From Coriobacteriales bacterium (GTDB lineage Bacteria > Actinomycetota > Coriobacteriia > Coriobacteriales > QAMH01), in the NCBI GenBank assembly GCA_051876145.1, contig JBJEHP010000263.1:1-25637 (forward strand): DNA of 25,637 nt, written 5' to 3'. The notes under the pieces were generated by a model. It was not told the DNA's origin, ran no database searches, and was given only the letters and a program-made list of their open reading frames with translations. Made by a program: the position numbers and the translations under genes. Positions 1 through 7,909 of the stretch are shown in pieces (positions within the stretch are counted from its first letter, which is position 1; each line of letters opens with the position of its first letter).

Positions 1-122
1 GAAGACGGGCCTCTGGCTCATTTCCCGTCTTTTACACCACTATATGGACGTCATCGTGGGATGGTTCTGAGGAACACATGTTCATCAAGTTGGGGTAACT
101 CGAGTTTGCATGCGCGCCCTTC

Positions 123-323
123 GGTGGTACCGCGGGGCGCGTACGGTCGATTCCGCGCCATGGCGGGCGGCCATTGACGGCGCGGTGTGCCAATCAGCCA
201 CTGGCGACGCGCGGTGGCGCGATTTCAGCCATCAACGGGATGGCATGCCAAACGACCACCGGCGGCACGCGGTGGCGCGAAACCAGCCATCAGCGGCACG
301 CGGTGGCGTGAAATCCGCCGCGC
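123..323 (+). repeat. Intergenic modular repeat, cluster 1 (36-bp leader plus about 2.3 degenerate 58-bp units)
   Basis: Leader GGTCGATTCCGCGCCATGGCGGGCGGCCATTGACGG at 145-180. Units start with GCCAA at 189 and 247 (period 58). The same leader and units recur at 6771 and 10857. Confidence 0.85.
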
Positions 324-325
324 AA

Positions 326-1807
326 TCACTCGTCGGTGAAGTTCTCGACAAAATCGATGAGCTCTTGGTGCGAGTGGATGTCGAGTTTCTGGTAGATGTG
401 CTTGACGTGCGTTTTGACCGTGTTCTTGCTCACGACCAGTTTTTCCTGGATAAACGCGCTGTTGCGTCCTTTTGCGAGCATCGTGAAGACCTCGGTCTCC
501 TTGGGCGTGAGGCCGCAGCGCCCGCCGATGGCCTCGCAGCGTCGGTCGATCAGCGAGACGTCGTCTTGCGCCTGGGCCTCGAAGACCTTGGGGGACAGCT
601 CGACCTCCTTGAGCGGGACCAGGTCGTGGATCGTCTCGTCAAAGCTGAAGAAATGCAGCACGAACATATCGTAAGCGCAGAAGAGCAGCACGAAGACGCA
701 TGTGACCACCGAGACACCGAGGCTAGTGGTCTGCGAGAGCCAGTTCGTGAGGTTGCCGACCTGCGCGCCGACGGTGACGCCCAGGCTGATGATTCCGCGG
801 CCCCAGCCGATGACGGGAATCGCGTCGAGCGGGTTTTTGCAGGCGACGGAGATGAGCACGATCCAGCTCACCATCTCGAAGACGATGTACCCGCTCCCGA
901 TAATCGCGTTGGGGACGCGGCTTGCGCCGGTCTCGAACAGCAGGACGCTCAAGAAGCCGGCGATGATCATAATCGCGCTGATGCGCACGAGCACGTCGGC
1001 GGGGAAGGGCTTCTTCAGCATGAGCACCCCCACGTACAAGAACAAGATGACCGCAAACGCGATGGCGTATGACGAAGGCGTGCCGTCGGCATCTCCCAGG
1101 CGCAGGCTGTAGCCGAGCGCGAGCGCGAAGAGCAGCAGGCACCAGAACAGCTTTGCCGAAAGCGGCAGAAACGTGTTGGGACGCGTGACCTCCACGTCCT
1201 GCGGCGCGTCGGATTGCGCCTGGTGGTCGAACACGGTCTTTGCCATGGGAATCGTCAGGCAGGCGGCGGCTGCCACGAGCAGGTACGAGAGCACGATATT
1301 GACGAGCGGTGGGAGCAGGTAGACGAGCGCGCCCAGCACGCACGACGTGAGAAACCCGTGCACGAGCGCCCGACGCCACAGCCGCTGCTCCATTCGGCTC
1401 AGCGCGACGGCGACCAGCATGAAGGCGAAGGTCCGCGCGATGCTGCTCAGCGAGGCGCACACGTACACGGCGGGTGCGAAGCCGTTGGCGATGCCCAGGT
1501 TCGTGCCCACGCATCCCACCACGAAACACGCGATCATCAGGGCGAACAGCACGTTGGGGCTGACCCACTTGGGCCGCGTTCGCGCCACGAGTGCGACTGC
1601 GAGCGCAAAGAAGGAGCCTGCGAGCGTGCAGACGTCGCGGGCATGCGGCGCCACGTCGTCAAGCACATCGAACACATGGAGATTGAGGATGGGCGCAACC
1701 ACCAACAGCAGGCACAGGGCAAGCCCGCACATGACGGCTTTCCTGCGCTGGGTGAGCTGCGTCTGCGGCAGCGAGATCTTCAGATTCGTAGCGATGAGAG
1801 ACTCCAT
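326..1807 (-). CDS. Multi-transmembrane LuxR-family transcriptional regulator (membrane one-component sensor)
   Basis: About 12 hydrophobic segments, then a C-terminal LuxR HTH (GLTPKETEVFTMLAKGRNSAFIQEKLVVSKNTVKTHVKHIYQKLDIHS). This architecture is typical of Eggerthellaceae. The RBS is weak, so the start is uncertain. Confidence 0.92.
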   Translation of the reverse strand: MESLIATNLKISLPQTQLTQRRKAVMCGLALCLLLVVAPILNLHVFDVLDDVAPHARDVCTLAGSFFALAVALVARTRPKWVSPNVLFALMIACFVVGCVGTNLGIANGFAPAVYVCASLSSIARTFAFMLVAVALSRMEQRLWRRALVHGFLTSCVLGALVYLLPPLVNIVLSYLLVAAAACLTIPMAKTVFDHQAQSDAPQDVEVTRPNTFLPLSAKLFWCLLLFALALGYSLRLGDADGTPSSYAIAFAVILFLYVGVLMLKKPFPADVLVRISAIMIIAGFLSVLLFETGASRVPNAIIGSGYIVFEMVSWIVLISVACKNPLDAIPVIGWGRGIISLGVTVGAQVGNLTNWLSQTTSLGVSVVTCVFVLLFCAYDMFVLHFFSFDETIHDLVPLKEVELSPKVFEAQAQDDVSLIDRRCEAIGGRCGLTPKETEVFTMLAKGRNSAFIQEKLVVSKNTVKTHVKHIYQKLDIHSHQELIDFVENFTDE

Positions 1808-1835
1808 TCACACTTTGAACTAGTCGCTTCGCACG

Positions 1836-1867
1836 ATTATAGGGTATGCCCCCAGGGTATGCGCCCC
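1836..1867 (-). promoter_or_regulatory. Candidate -10 box (TATAAT) for the LuxR gene with an adjacent tandem AGGGTATGC repeat
   Basis: ATTATA at 1836-1841 reads TATAAT on the minus strand, about 30 nt upstream of the ATG at 1807. AGGGTATGC starts at 1841 and 1854. No consensus -35. Confidence 0.45.
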
Positions 1868-1927
1868 ATCGCCTCGATGGACGGCACAAGCCTTCTCACC
1901 TCACATTCTACCTGCGGAAACGTGAAT

Positions 1928-1944
1928 ATCCCCTCGCTGGGGTG
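1928..1944. promoter_or_regulatory. Candidate regulator site ATCCCC-N5-GGGGTG
   Basis: Imperfect inverted repeat in the divergent LuxR/flavoenzyme intergenic region. Function is inferred. Confidence 0.35.
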
Positions 1945-1974
1945 ACGCGCGTTTTGGCTTGTTTTGGCATTTTG

Positions 1975-2018
1975 TCCGATGGATTGGCGGCATTAGGAGC
2001 GCCATCCAATGGATTGGA
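1975..2018. promoter_or_regulatory. Twin palindromes TCC(G/A)AT-GG-ATTGG(C/A), 30 bp apart
   Basis: TCCGATGGATTGGC at 1975-1988 and TCCAATGGATTGGA at 2005-2018. The second has perfect 6-bp arms and abuts the RBS of the 2029 CDS. Confidence 0.45.
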
Positions 2019-2028
2019 AGGAGAGGGT

Positions 2029-3780
2029 ATGAAGGAAGAGAAGGGCGGCTTCTCGCGCCGTTCCTTTTTGAGGGGCGTTGGCGCCCTGGGCGCCGCGGGC
2101 GTGTTCGGTGCATTGGGTGGCACCGGAGTCGCAAACGCCGTCGAGGTCGTCGACCCCAAGGGCAACGCGACAACTGACTACGTGAAGACCAAGACGGGAT
2201 ACCCCACCGAGAATCCCGGCTGGCTCGGCGAGCCCCCGCAGATCGACGAGAGCCTCATTACCGAGACCATCGACACCGAGGTGCTGGTCGTCGGGTACGC
2301 GACGGGCGGCATGCCGGCAGTCGCGGCTGCGGTCGAAGAGGGCGCGAAGGTCTACGTCATCGACCGTCAGGCAAAGCCGTACCGCATGAAGGAAGACATC
2401 GGCTCGGTGGACAGCCAGATGCAGAAGGACTACTACGCCAAGCACCCCAAGTTCAAGATCGACCACAAGACCATCCTCGAGGAGATCGTTCGCTATGCGA
2501 ACGGCTACGTCAACTACGACCTGGTCAAGGTGTGGATCGAGGAATCCGGCGCATATGTCGACTGGTACAAGGGCGTGCTCGAGTCCACCAACCAGTACCA
2601 TCTCGAGTACGAGGCGGGCCTCGGCACCGAAGACGGCCAGCGTGACCGCGCGTTTGCCACGGGCCACAGCCCCCAGAAAAACGACGACAAGGCCAAGGAC
2701 CTCCCCTCGGTCGAGGAGATCTTCAAGAGCTACATCGACTCCTTCGGACTTGCCGAGTTCCGCTTTGGCGCGTTTTTCGAGAAGCTCGAGCAGGACGAGA
2801 ACGGCCGCGTCACCGGCGCCATCGCGCGCGACGAGAAGACCGACACGTACTTCCGCGTCAACGCGAGCAAGGGCGTCATCTTGGCGACGGGCGGGTACTC
2901 CACCGACGTCGACATGATGCGCGCGCTGCAGCCCGAGGTCCTGAACGTCAAGGTGGCCGTCGACGGCAGCGGTAACCCGTCGTCGTCGCAGGGCATCAAG
3001 GCCGCCATGTGGGTCGGGGCACGCAAGGACCCGGTCGGCACCTCGATGCTGTTCAACCGCGCCTGCTGCAGGCCCGACGCGACTACCGGCTACGGCACGC
3101 CGGGCCGCTGGTTCTGGTTTGGCGAGCAGCCCAACCTCAAGGTCAACCTCAAGGGCAAGCGCTTCTGCAACGAGTCCGGCCCCTACGACTACATGCTGCA
3201 TTCCGCCTATATGCAGCCCCAGCACACCTACTGCACCATCTGGGACAAGAACCACCAGAAGTACGCCGAGCAGTTCGACGAGGTCGGCTGCTGCAGGCTC
3301 TTCCCCTTCCCCAACGGCGCGAAGAACAACATCCCCATGGCAACCGTCGAGGGCATGATCGACAAGCTCGTCGACGAGGGCTACGTCGTCAAGGCGGACA
3401 CGCTCGAGGAGCTGGCGCAGGGCCTTGGCCTTCCCGTCGACGCGTTTGTGGAGCAGGTCAACACCTACAACGGCTACTGCAAGAAGAAGCATGACCCCGA
3501 TTACTACAAGGAGCCGCACCGCCTGACCCCGGTCGACACCGCTCCCTTCTATGGGGCGCGCACCGGCGCCTGGCACCTGACCACGCTCGACGGCGTCATG
3601 ATCGACCCCGACATGCGCGTGCTCGACCAGAACAACGAGCCCATCCCCGGCCTGTTCGCCACGGGCGACTGCTCGGGCGGCTTCTTCTCCACGTCGTACC
3701 CGAACCTCGCAACGGGCCTTGCCTGCGGTCGCACCATGACCTTCGGCCGCCATGCGGGCAAGTACGTCGCAACCCACTAA
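2029..3780 (+). CDS. Tat-exported FAD-dependent oxidoreductase (flavocytochrome c / FAD_binding_2 flavin subunit), substrate unknown
   Basis: Twin-arginine signal (FSRRSFLRG...ANA). FAD motifs VLVVGYATGG, GVILATGGY and IPGLFATGD. RBS GGAAGGAGAGGG precedes the ATG at 2029; the ORF-track extension to 1846 is unlikely. 583 aa. Confidence 0.9.
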   Translation: MKEEKGGFSRRSFLRGVGALGAAGVFGALGGTGVANAVEVVDPKGNATTDYVKTKTGYPTENPGWLGEPPQIDESLITETIDTEVLVVGYATGGMPAVAAAVEEGAKVYVIDRQAKPYRMKEDIGSVDSQMQKDYYAKHPKFKIDHKTILEEIVRYANGYVNYDLVKVWIEESGAYVDWYKGVLESTNQYHLEYEAGLGTEDGQRDRAFATGHSPQKNDDKAKDLPSVEEIFKSYIDSFGLAEFRFGAFFEKLEQDENGRVTGAIARDEKTDTYFRVNASKGVILATGGYSTDVDMMRALQPEVLNVKVAVDGSGNPSSSQGIKAAMWVGARKDPVGTSMLFNRACCRPDATTGYGTPGRWFWFGEQPNLKVNLKGKRFCNESGPYDYMLHSAYMQPQHTYCTIWDKNHQKYAEQFDEVGCCRLFPFPNGAKNNIPMATVEGMIDKLVDEGYVVKADTLEELAQGLGLPVDAFVEQVNTYNGYCKKKHDPDYYKEPHRLTPVDTAPFYGARTGAWHLTTLDGVMIDPDMRVLDQNNEPIPGLFATGDCSGGFFSTSYPNLATGLACGRTMTFGRHAGKYVATH

Positions 3781-3795
3781 AGAGAGGAGGAAAAC

Positions 3796-4500
3796 ATGAG
3801 CGAAGACATCAAGATGGAAGACAACACGGAAAACGCCCCGCTCGACGCCGCGTCGCAGGATGAGGCCACGAGCACCGGGAAGAAGATTTCCAACAAGTTC
3901 AAGAAGCACAAGGCGCTGTCCATCGTCGGCATCGTCGTCGTGGTGCTGGTCATCGCCGGCATCGGCGCTTTTGCCTGGCATAACACGCCGGGCTTTTGCG
4001 GCACCGTCTGCCACGACACGATGAACTACTACTCGACGAGCTACGCCAACGACCCGACGACGCTCGCGTACCAGCACGGGCACATCACGGGCAAGGGCGC
4101 CGACACGCTGCGCGACGGCGTCGCCGACAAGAACAACGCCTGCCTGGACTGCCACCCCGCATCCACGGGCGAGCAGATCAAGGAAGTCGGCATGACCATC
4201 GACGGCGACTACACCATCGACACGGATGGCAAGCTGGTCATCGAAGGCGGCCATTACAACGCCGACAAGGAGTTCTGCCTGCAGTGCCATGACTACGACA
4301 AGGTCATCCAGGCGACTGCCAACTACAACGGCGGCAAGCACGACGGCGCGAGCGGCACGTTCAACCCGCACGCGTCTCACCAGGGCGACCTGGAGTGCGG
4401 CACCTGCCACAGCGTCCACGGCACCTCCAAGCTGTACTGCACCTCCTGCCACAATGCAGAGGTCCCCGAAGGCTGGGAGACCATGGCCGATTCCCAGTAG
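3796..4500 (+). CDS. Membrane-anchored multiheme cytochrome c (four CxxCH plus one CX3CH)
   Basis: One N-terminal TM helix. Heme motifs CGTVCH, CLDCH, CLQCH, CGTCH and CTSCH. Strong RBS GAGGAGG. Starts 15 nt after the flavoprotein stop. Confidence 0.9.
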   Translation: MSEDIKMEDNTENAPLDAASQDEATSTGKKISNKFKKHKALSIVGIVVVVLVIAGIGAFAWHNTPGFCGTVCHDTMNYYSTSYANDPTTLAYQHGHITGKGADTLRDGVADKNNACLDCHPASTGEQIKEVGMTIDGDYTIDTDGKLVIEGGHYNADKEFCLQCHDYDKVIQATANYNGGKHDGASGTFNPHASHQGDLECGTCHSVHGTSKLYCTSCHNAEVPEGWETMADSQ

Positions 4501-4531
4501 GGAAGGCAACGCACCATACGGCACGACTTGG

Positions 4532-4570
4532 GATGGCGGCTTGGCGTACTAGCCGCCATCTCGTTTTTTT
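4532..4570 (+). terminator. Intrinsic terminator after the cytochrome gene
   Basis: 10-bp stem GATGGCGGCT/AGCCGCCATC with a 9-nt loop, followed by TCGTTTTTTT. Confidence 0.8.
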
Positions 4571-4621
4571 GCGGGGCGTCACGTCAGGGCGGCTTCGCGC
4601 GAGAAAGGGAACACACTCGTC

Positions 4622-6715
4622 ATGAACTTGGTTGGAATGATCGGCCTGCTCGCGGCATTTGCCGGGGCGTGCCTCAGCGTTGTGAGCCTGGCCTGCGGAC
4701 ATGCGCTCAGGGGCAAGCCCGTGGCCGAGACGCTGAGCTGGGGCGGTCGCATCGCGGCGCTCGTTGCCTTTGCGGGCTTGAGCGTCTCGTGCGCCGTGTT
4801 GGTGTGGTGCTTTCTCACAGATGACGTCGGGATCCAGTACGTGCTCGACAACCATGTGAGCAGCACCGGTGCCTGGGGCGTGTTCTACCGGGTGAGCGGC
4901 CTGTGGGCGGGGCGCGAGGGTTCGCTGCTGCTCTGGGCGTGGCTCATCGGATTGTTCGGGACGCTCGTGACCATGCGCCGCATGGCAAAGGCCGAGCCGC
5001 TCGACAACATCGCCGTGCTCGTCATCCAGCTCGTGCTCGTCGCCTTTGCGGGGATTATGCTCTTCTCCGCGGAGAACACGCCGTTCACGGCGACGGACCC
5101 GATCTACTTCAACGCCGACGGCACGCTCACTTCCGCCGCGCAGCTACTCGGCATGAACAGCCTGCTGCAGCATTGGGCGATGGCCATTCACCCGCCGATG
5201 CTCTTCTTGGGCTATGCGGGGCTGACGGTGCCGTTTGCCTACGCGATCGCCACCTGCGTCGTTGGCAGCAGCGACAGCCAATGGGTGCTTTGCAGCGAGC
5301 GCTATGCTCTGGCGGCGTGGATGTTTTTGACCCTCGGCATCGGACTGGGCGCCGTGTGGGCGTACGTGGTCTTGGGCTGGGGCGGCTACTGGGGCTGGGA
5401 CCCCGTCGAAAACGCGTCGCTTCTGTCGTGGCTGGTCTGCGTCGCCCTCATCCACAGCTTCACCGTCTACAAGAGGCGTGGCGTGTTCAAGTGCTGGGCG
5501 GTCATGAGCGCGTGCCTGGCGTTCGCGTTTTGCATCGTGGGCACCTTCATCAGCAGGAGCGGCATCGTGCAGTCCGTGCACGCCTTCGAAGGCGATGCCG
5601 TGAGCACCGCGCTGTTCGGGACGCTCATCGTGGCGAGCATCCTCGCGGGTGCGGTCGGGTGCCTGGTGCGGAAGGCAAGCTTCGCGCCCGAGGCGGGTGC
5701 TCCCGAGGCGGAGAGCATGGTGAGCAGGCACGGGGCGTACTTCGTCAACAACGTCTTCATGATCTTGATGGCGTGCGCGCTCGCGTATTTGACCGTCGCC
5801 CAGGCGCTGCCGACGTGGCTGCCTTTAGGCGGACACAGCATTCCCGCCGGTACCTACGAGGCCATTGCCCGTCCCGTCGGCGTGGTCTACCTGCTCATGA
5901 TGGCGGTGTGCCCGCTTCTGGGGTGGTACAAGACGGACCCGAAGGCGTTCGTGCGCAAGGCGCGCGTCCCCGCCGTGTGCGCGGCGGTGCTGTTTGCGAT
6001 TCTGGCCCTCTACTGGGGCAGCGTGCTGCTACCCGCGTATGACGGCATCGTCTCGGCGGCGGACGAGCATGCCGAGCTGGTCTTGGAGCAGGGGCCCGCG
6101 TGGTATTACAACGGTCTGGCGCTTATCGCGTTTCTCGTGGCCTCGCTGCTCATCTTCAACAGCTGCTACCAGCTGACCCGCGTGGTGCGGGCGTCGGGCA
6201 GAAGCGTCGTCTCGCGCCTGGGCAGCTGCATCAGCCATCTGGCAGTTGGCATCATCCTCATCGGGCTGGTGGGAAGCGCGATGTACGTGACCGAGGCAAA
6301 CGGTTACCTCCCGTACGACGAGCAGACCAACACCAGCAGCGAGCGCTTTTCGATCGACGCCTACGAGCTCGAGCTGGCTAATGCGCATGCGGGCATGGCG
6401 GACAACCTCAAGGATGTCGAGTACGCCGTCGACCTGGACGTGTATCGCGACGGGGCGCGCATCGAGCAGGTGCGGCCCGCGATTACGCTCGTCGCGGCGA
6501 CCCAGCAGCAAAAGTACACGGCGGGCGTCGTTGGGCTGCCGCTCGAGGACGTGTTCGTGGTGTATCGCGGTGCCGGCATGGACAATGCGGGCCTTCACCT
6601 CGACGTCCGTGTGAACCGGCTCATCTCGTTCGTGTGGGTGGGCATGGTGTTCTTGGTTGCGGGCATGTTCTTGACCATTCTGGGTCCGCGGGAGGCGCCC
6701 GTGCGACGGGGGTGA
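4622..6715 (+). CDS. ccmF: Cytochrome c biogenesis heme lyase, CcmF/NrfE family
   Basis: Trp-rich WGWGGYWGWDPVENASLLSWL motif, LWAGREGSLLLW and HPPMLFLGY. Many TM segments and a C-terminal soluble loop; 697 aa. Confidence 0.9.
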   Translation: MNLVGMIGLLAAFAGACLSVVSLACGHALRGKPVAETLSWGGRIAALVAFAGLSVSCAVLVWCFLTDDVGIQYVLDNHVSSTGAWGVFYRVSGLWAGREGSLLLWAWLIGLFGTLVTMRRMAKAEPLDNIAVLVIQLVLVAFAGIMLFSAENTPFTATDPIYFNADGTLTSAAQLLGMNSLLQHWAMAIHPPMLFLGYAGLTVPFAYAIATCVVGSSDSQWVLCSERYALAAWMFLTLGIGLGAVWAYVVLGWGGYWGWDPVENASLLSWLVCVALIHSFTVYKRRGVFKCWAVMSACLAFAFCIVGTFISRSGIVQSVHAFEGDAVSTALFGTLIVASILAGAVGCLVRKASFAPEAGAPEAESMVSRHGAYFVNNVFMILMACALAYLTVAQALPTWLPLGGHSIPAGTYEAIARPVGVVYLLMMAVCPLLGWYKTDPKAFVRKARVPAVCAAVLFAILALYWGSVLLPAYDGIVSAADEHAELVLEQGPAWYYNGLALIAFLVASLLIFNSCYQLTRVVRASGRSVVSRLGSCISHLAVGIILIGLVGSAMYVTEANGYLPYDEQTNTSSERFSIDAYELELANAHAGMADNLKDVEYAVDLDVYRDGARIEQVRPAITLVAATQQQKYTAGVVGLPLEDVFVVYRGAGMDNAGLHLDVRVNRLISFVWVGMVFLVAGMFLTILGPREAPVRRG

Positions 6716-6732
6716 CGGCGCGTTCGGGATGC

Positions 6733-6844
6733 GTGGCGCCGCGGGGCGCGTGGCACCACGGGGGACGTATGGTCGATTTCGCGCCATGGCGGGTGGCCAT
6801 TGGCGGGATGGCATGCCAAACGTCCGTTGGCGGGTCGCGGTGGC
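6733..6844 (+). repeat. Intergenic modular repeat, cluster 2 (leader plus half unit)
   Basis: Leader at 6771-6806 differs by 3 nt from the copy at 145 and by 2 nt from the copy at 10857. It is followed by TGGCATGCCAAACGTCCGTTGGCGGGTCGCGGTGGC. Lies between convergent genes. Confidence 0.85.
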
Positions 6845-6871
6845 ACCCGGCGCCCGCCCTCCACACCGGCG

Positions 6872-7747
6872 TCACCCGAGCAAATGACTCGAGCGGTACG
6901 TGGAGAGAATCTTGTTCGCGATGGAATCGTAGACGTCAAAGGCGTTTTCGGAGAGCTCGGTGATGTCGTTTTGCAGGCTGTCGATAATTGCCGGCGTCAT
7001 CTTCTCGAGCTTGGCCATTCCGAGTTCCGTAATCTTAAAGCAGGTCGCGCGTCGGTCGTGCGGGAGCTTGAGACGCTCGAGACGTCCGTGCCCCGCAAGC
7101 TTGGAGGCGGCGACGCACACCTCGTTGCTCCTAAGCAGCAGCTGACGTGACAGTTCCTTGACCCGCATGCCCTGCGGGCTGCGCGAGAGCAGGTGCAGGA
7201 TGCGGTACTCGTTCAGGCTGATGTTCGCGCGGCGCATGTGCGCGTTGAGCGAGCTCAGCGTCACGAGCGAAGAATCGATGTAGGCGTGCTCCACGCTGAT
7301 GCCATCGATCTTCATGTAATCAAGCCGGCGCTCCAAGACGGTGCTCGCCGAATCGCGCTTGGTCATGGCGAGCTCGTTTTCGTTGTACACAGACCAGAAC
7401 TCGTGTGCGAGCTGGCACAGCGCCGGGTCGACCTTGGCGATGAGCGCAGAGCCTGCCGGGGTGATGGAGAGGTGCACGACGCGGCGATCCGACGCATCCT
7501 CGGAACGCTCGATAGCGCCCAGGGCTTCGAGGTCGTTCAAGGCGCTCGTCACCGAGGAAGGCGAGAGCCCCAGCGCCTCGGAAAGCGCTTTGGCGGTGCG
7601 CGCCCCGCCTTCGGCCGCAAGTAGGCGCAGCAGCAACCGATACTGTGTGAGCGAGATACCCGCATATTCCGTGACGAGGTCGCCCGCTTGCCGTGCGAGC
7701 AAGATGGTGACGGTTATCCAGTTGTCATGGCCCTCGTTCGCGATCAT
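6872..7747 (-). CDS. Tandem (double) MarR-family winged-helix regulator
   Basis: Two MarR repeats: ISLTQYRLLLRL...DRRVVHLSITPAG and ISLNEYRILHLL...DRRATCFKITELG. GGAG RBS upstream. Confidence 0.88.
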   Translation of the reverse strand: MIANEGHDNWITVTILLARQAGDLVTEYAGISLTQYRLLLRLLAAEGGARTAKALSEALGLSPSSVTSALNDLEALGAIERSEDASDRRVVHLSITPAGSALIAKVDPALCQLAHEFWSVYNENELAMTKRDSASTVLERRLDYMKIDGISVEHAYIDSSLVTLSSLNAHMRRANISLNEYRILHLLSRSPQGMRVKELSRQLLLRSNEVCVAASKLAGHGRLERLKLPHDRRATCFKITELGMAKLEKMTPAIIDSLQNDITELSENAFDVYDSIANKILSTYRSSHLLG

Positions 7748-7761
7748 GGCATGCTCCGAAC

Positions 7762-7783
7762 ATTAGTTTTGGCAATTACTAAT
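7762..7783. promoter_or_regulatory. Candidate MarR operator ATTAGT-N10-ACTAAT
   Basis: AT-rich inverted repeat in the divergent marR/molybdoenzyme intergenic region. Confidence 0.45.
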
Positions 7784-7909
7784 TCTATAAAATTCTACTA
7801 CGTCGAACGAGCTTCTTTCCGAGCATGAAAGCGCAGGCGAGGCCCCACAATGGACAGTGAGAAAGCGCGCGAGGCGCGCATGGAGAGACTGTTCGTGGAA
7901 GGGAGCCAA

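Noticed and set aside
2-70. Possible 3' end of an upstream plus-strand gene (KTGLWLISRLLHHYMDVIVGWF-stop)
   Set aside because: Too short to support and has no recognisable motif. It would fit the convergent-gene habit of the repeats, but needs the upstream sequence.
110-1072. 320-aa plus-strand ORF
   Set aside because: Antisense shadow of the LuxR gene that starts inside the repeat; no family motifs.
2029-3780. Naming the flavoprotein frdA, urdA or cgr2
   Set aside because: The catalytic segments do not match fumarate reductase, and orthology to the others cannot be shown without a search.
1993-4524. 843-aa minus-strand ORF
   Set aside because: Antisense shadow of the flavoprotein and cytochrome, caused by GC-biased codon usage.
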